Source: a virus
Lineage: Duplodnaviria > Caudoviricetes
Virus record (IMG/VR): IMGVR_UViG_3300020431_000017
Coordinates: 1 to 37,366 of that record
Length of the DNA stretch: 37,366 nucleotides
Direction: 5' to 3' (one strand)
This document shows, piece by piece, positions 34,938-37,366 of this stretch. Numbering within the stretch: the stretch's first letter is position 1; every line of letters starts with the position of its first letter. Position numbers and translations under genes: made by a program. The notes beneath the pieces were generated by a model. That model saw only the letters and a program-made list of their open reading frames with translations, did no database searches and was not told where the DNA came from.

Positions 34938-35542
34938 CAGGAGCGACCTCCCCATTGAATATCGGGATATGCTTCTTTTACAATATCCAAAGTAATTTTA
35001 TACTTATCAGTTAAATTTTTATCTTTAATAAGGATTAAAACTTCAGCTTCTTTTGGATGAAGACCTTGCAGAAGGTTAATGAACATCATCTCTCTACGAA
35101 TACTATTGATATTATTGTTACCACCTTTCACAAAATGATATAGGTTTTGATATTCTCTGCGAAGAGATGTTTTCCCTCTACCATCAAGATCTTGTCCTGT
35201 TGCAGATTCACCTCCCTTTGCTTCTTTTGAAATGTTTTCTGAAAGACTTCCAGAATAAACAGTTTGTTCTTCAGCATCTCCATAAGGAACATCTCCTGGA
35301 GGAAGAAGACTTACAATACTCTGATCAAAATTCCAAACAAAAATAGATTTTAAAGAGATATGTTCATAGGTTTTAAGTACCTGAATTTTTTTTGCTTTCG
35401 ATCTTTGTTTTGATGCCAATTCCAAAACTTCATATACAAATGGGTTTGTTGGCAACACTTCAATTTTTGTTGATCTAGTTGTTGTAGATTTTTCTTTAGT
35501 CGTCGTCACTTTCTTCTTCGTCGTGGTCATAATCGTTTTCAA
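34937..35542 (-). CDS. Conserved T4-like phage hypothetical protein
   Basis: E.L..ASK..K.K..L..WNFD..LLP.GDVPY..RREMMFINLLQGLHPKEAEVL..KDK. Confidence 0.8.
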   Translation of the reverse strand: MKTIMTTTKKKVTTTKEKSTTTRSTKIEVLPTNPFVYEVLELASKQRSKAKKIQVLKTYEHISLKSIFVWNFDQSIVSLLPPGDVPYGDAEEQTVYSGSLSENISKEAKGGESATGQDLDGRGKTSLRREYQNLYHFVKGGNNNINSIRREMMFINLLQGLHPKEAEVLILIKDKNLTDKYKITLDIVKEAYPDIQWGGRS

Positions 35543-35720
35543 ATCGTACTGCTAAAATTTCATCTGGTAGAACGTTTCCATTCTCATCAAACATCTCTGG
35601 ATGCATATAGACGGGTTGAGTCTGGTATATATGATCTTTCGCTAACCATCCTATCACACCTCCTACAAAAAAGAACATAATTGAAACAAGAGTTCCAATC
35701 GTAAGTGTTACTGCTAACAT
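35496..35720 (-). CDS. Small membrane-anchored hypothetical protein
   Basis: N-terminal TM helix followed by HPEMFDENGN..PDEILAVRFE. Confidence 0.75.
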   Translation of the reverse strand: MLAVTLTIGTLVSIMFFFVGGVIGWLAKDHIYQTQPVYMHPEMFDENGNVLPDEILAVRFENDYDHDEEESDDD

Positions 35721-35736
35721 GTTTTTACTCCAGAAA

Positions 35737-35961
35737 TTATTTCTTTCTAATATCCAGATAAAAGTTTAAGTGAAAAACAATCTCTCTTCGGAAAAGAGCG
35801 ACCATATTACCAAACTTTATCTGAAAAGTTTTTGGCGGATCTGGTTTACTTCTCCTGTTGCGTAACAACAACTCAACTCCACGGTTGATGTTGGTTTCAG
35901 AATTATTTAGATTGCTTTTTTCTTCGTCCAGGTCGTCTATCACGACTGTACCTCCATGCAT
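35737..35961 (-). CDS. Hypothetical protein (start uncertain)
   Basis: NRGVELLLR..KFG.MV.LFRRE..F..DIRKK fills the gap between genes; the only upstream ATG lies 59 nt inside the neighbour. Confidence 0.55.
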   Translation of the reverse strand: MHGGTVVIDDLDEEKSNLNNSETNINRGVELLLRNRRSKPDPPKTFQIKFGNMVALFRREIVFHLNFYLDIRKK

Positions 35962-36262
35962 CTTCTAAGATGCCATACAAATATGTTTTAATTTTTCTTG
36001 CTTGTGGTTTAGGAATATGTCCATAACCTTCGCGTAGTTGTTTATGCTCATTGTCAGCACCACCAGCAAGATATTCATCAAGATCAATAGTGATTTCACT
36101 AAGTTCGGCGGCTGTTGAACTTTCAATAAAATGATCTATCTCATGTTTTTTAACTTTTGTCGTTTTTAGATAGTCATAAAATTTTAAATTCATTTGTCCC
36201 TCAAAGGCATTGTCAATAGCATGTTCAATAAGATCGTAGATGTCGATGAGGTTTTGTTCCAT
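35903..36262 (-). CDS. Hypothetical protein
   Basis: QLREGYGHIPKPQARKIK.YL.GILEDA; TAATG coupling to glutaredoxin. Confidence 0.8.
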   Translation of the reverse strand: MEQNLIDIYDLIEHAIDNAFEGQMNLKFYDYLKTTKVKKHEIDHFIESSTAAELSEITIDLDEYLAGGADNEHKQLREGYGHIPKPQARKIKTYLYGILEDAWRYSRDRRPGRRKKQSK

Positions 36263-36495
36263 TAGACCAATTTTTGCTCTCTAAGATACTTGACAGTTTC
36301 GGTACAACCTCCAATATACTCTTCATCTGTTATGACTTGAGGGAAGGTTGATCCATTTCCAAATTTAGAATAAAATTCTTCACGATTATAATCTACACCA
36401 AGTTTATATACAATATGCTTTAGTTCTGCCAATTGTAATACTTGTTGCACTTTAGTACAGTAAGGACATCCGTCCTTAGAATATATTTTGAACAT
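36262..36495 (-). CDS. nrdC: Glutaredoxin
   Basis: IYSKDGCPYC..STFPQV..IGG. Confidence 0.92.
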   Translation of the reverse strand: MFKIYSKDGCPYCTKVQQVLQLAELKHIVYKLGVDYNREEFYSKFGNGSTFPQVITDEEYIGGCTETVKYLREQKLV

Positions 36496-36547
36496 AATAA
36501 TTGAAATTTATTTAGGTTGAAAAGTTTTTAAAAAATTATAACTGTAT

Positions 36548-36916
36548 TTATTTGCTATATGTATCATACATTTTTTTATCATCTTCCTGCTTAATTTCAG
36601 CAGCAAGTTCTTTTTCAGTTTTAAGATGATGTGGTTTGTGTTCTCTACCCATAGGTTGAGAAGACTCAAAGGAATCTCTTGAGAGATTTTTAATTACAAT
36701 GAATGCATCTTTATTATACTTACGAGTACCAATAGGGGATTGCCATTTCTTATTATAAACTTCACCAACATCAATACCAGAAACTTGTGTTCCTGCCATT
36801 TCAACTACAATCTTATCACCTTCTTCCCATCCGTATTTTTGAGCAAGAAGAGAAACTTGTTCATAAACAGATGGGGAATCCATTACTCGATCTTCTGGTT
36901 CAAGACTTCCGTGCAT
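36548..36916 (-). CDS. Hypothetical protein
   Basis: 122-aa ORF downstream of a putative promoter. Confidence 0.7.
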   Translation of the reverse strand: MHGSLEPEDRVMDSPSVYEQVSLLAQKYGWEEGDKIVVEMAGTQVSGIDVGEVYNKKWQSPIGTRKYNKDAFIVIKNLSRDSFESSQPMGREHKPHHLKTEKELAAEIKQEDDKKMYDTYSK

Positions 36917-36938
36917 ATAAAAAAATCAGCAGGCCTTT

Positions 36939-36967
36939 AGTATATCATACTTTTTTTCTTGGATCAA
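36939..36967 (-). promoter_or_regulatory. Putative sigma70 promoter with extended -10
   Basis: TTGATC(36967-36962)-17 bp-TATACT(36944-36939), with TG one base before the -10. Confidence 0.6.
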
Positions 36968-37019
36968 CAGGTCTGAATGGACAATCGGGACATCCAGCAC
37001 CACAGCATCCTCTGCTCAT
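36945..37019 (-). CDS. Cys-rich micro-protein (24 aa, RGCCGxGCxxCP; DUF5522-like motif)
   Basis: Not in ORF track: MSRGCCGAGCPDCPFRPVDPRKKV*; ATGA overlap with purM stop, GGAGAGG upstream. Confidence 0.55.
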   Translation of the reverse strand: MSRGCCGAGCPDCPFRPVDPRKKV

Positions 37020-37366
37020 TCCACCTCTCCAATAATCCAAGACCTCATGCCATGTGGAGTATCAGCAATCAAGTTCTGAGTTAGTGTTGCAACCTCTTGT
37101 GGGACCACTAAACAGAATCCAATACCACAGTTGAATACATTACGCATCTCTTCCTCAGAAATGTCTCCTGCCTTCTGGATCTTATTGAAGATTTCTGGTC
37201 TCTCCCAAGCACCATAATCAACATCAACGGTAAGACCTTCTGGAAGGCATCGTGGAAGGTTCTCAGGTAGTCCTCCACCTGTAATGTGTGCCATGCCTAG
37301 GATAGGAACTTCATCCAATAGATGCTGGATTAGACGAGCATAGATGGTAGTTGGTCTCAGAAGTTC
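37016..37366 (-). CDS. purM: Phosphoribosylformylglycinamidine cyclo-ligase (AIR synthetase), partial (5' end outside window)
   Basis: ELLRPTTIY..GMAHITGGGLPENLPRCLP..EMRNVFNCGIG..IIGEV. Confidence 0.95.
   Translation of the reverse strand, partial: ELLRPTTIYARLIQHLLDEVPILGMAHITGGGLPENLPRCLPEGLTVDVDYGAWERPEIFNKIQKAGDISEEEMRNVFNCGIGFCLVVPQEVATLTQNLIADTPHGMRSWIIGEVE

Noticed and set aside
35912-35922. A-AAA-AAG slippery heptamer near the end of the 119-aa ORF
   Set aside because: The downstream ORF is in the +1 frame, so a -1 slip would not fuse them
589-37035. Numerous 60-130 aa ORFs antisense or out of frame within large genes (e.g. 20303-20698, 13060-13395, 27792-27992, 33592-33774)
   Set aside because: No RBS or motifs; expected shadows of biased codon usage in the real genes

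Overview
AT-rich segment of a T4-like marine cyanomyovirus genome (Kyanoviridae-like; inferred from gene content and order, not from a search). Almost all of it is encoded on the minus strand. Read from the right end, it carries a partial purM, two glutaredoxin-fold genes, small conserved-looking ORFs, thyX, phoH, an exonuclease, gp33, gp59, a DUF1825-like gene and gp32. A divergent plus-strand block follows (gp4, gp2, gp48, gp53). The tail/baseplate module comes next: gp54-like, gp26, gp51, two tape-measure/hub-like proteins with muralytic domains, a hub protein, cp12, gp5, a 4x PA14-like protein and spike-associated paralogues. The left end holds tRNA-Leu(UAA) and large fibre/Ig-like proteins. 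Several consensus sigma70 promoters, T4 late-promoter motifs and intrinsic terminators are visible. The most striking unannotated structure is at about 33247-33710 (minus). There, a sigma70 promoter drives a glutamine (glnA-type) riboswitch whose P3 helix appears to enclose a second, circularly permuted glutamine aptamer. The P2 stem of that inner aptamer sequesters the start codon of a 54-aa ORF and encloses most of it, and a DUF4278-like peptide gene lies downstream. Several short ORFs missed by the ORF track were translated by hand. All product calls are from motif recognition, not database searches.
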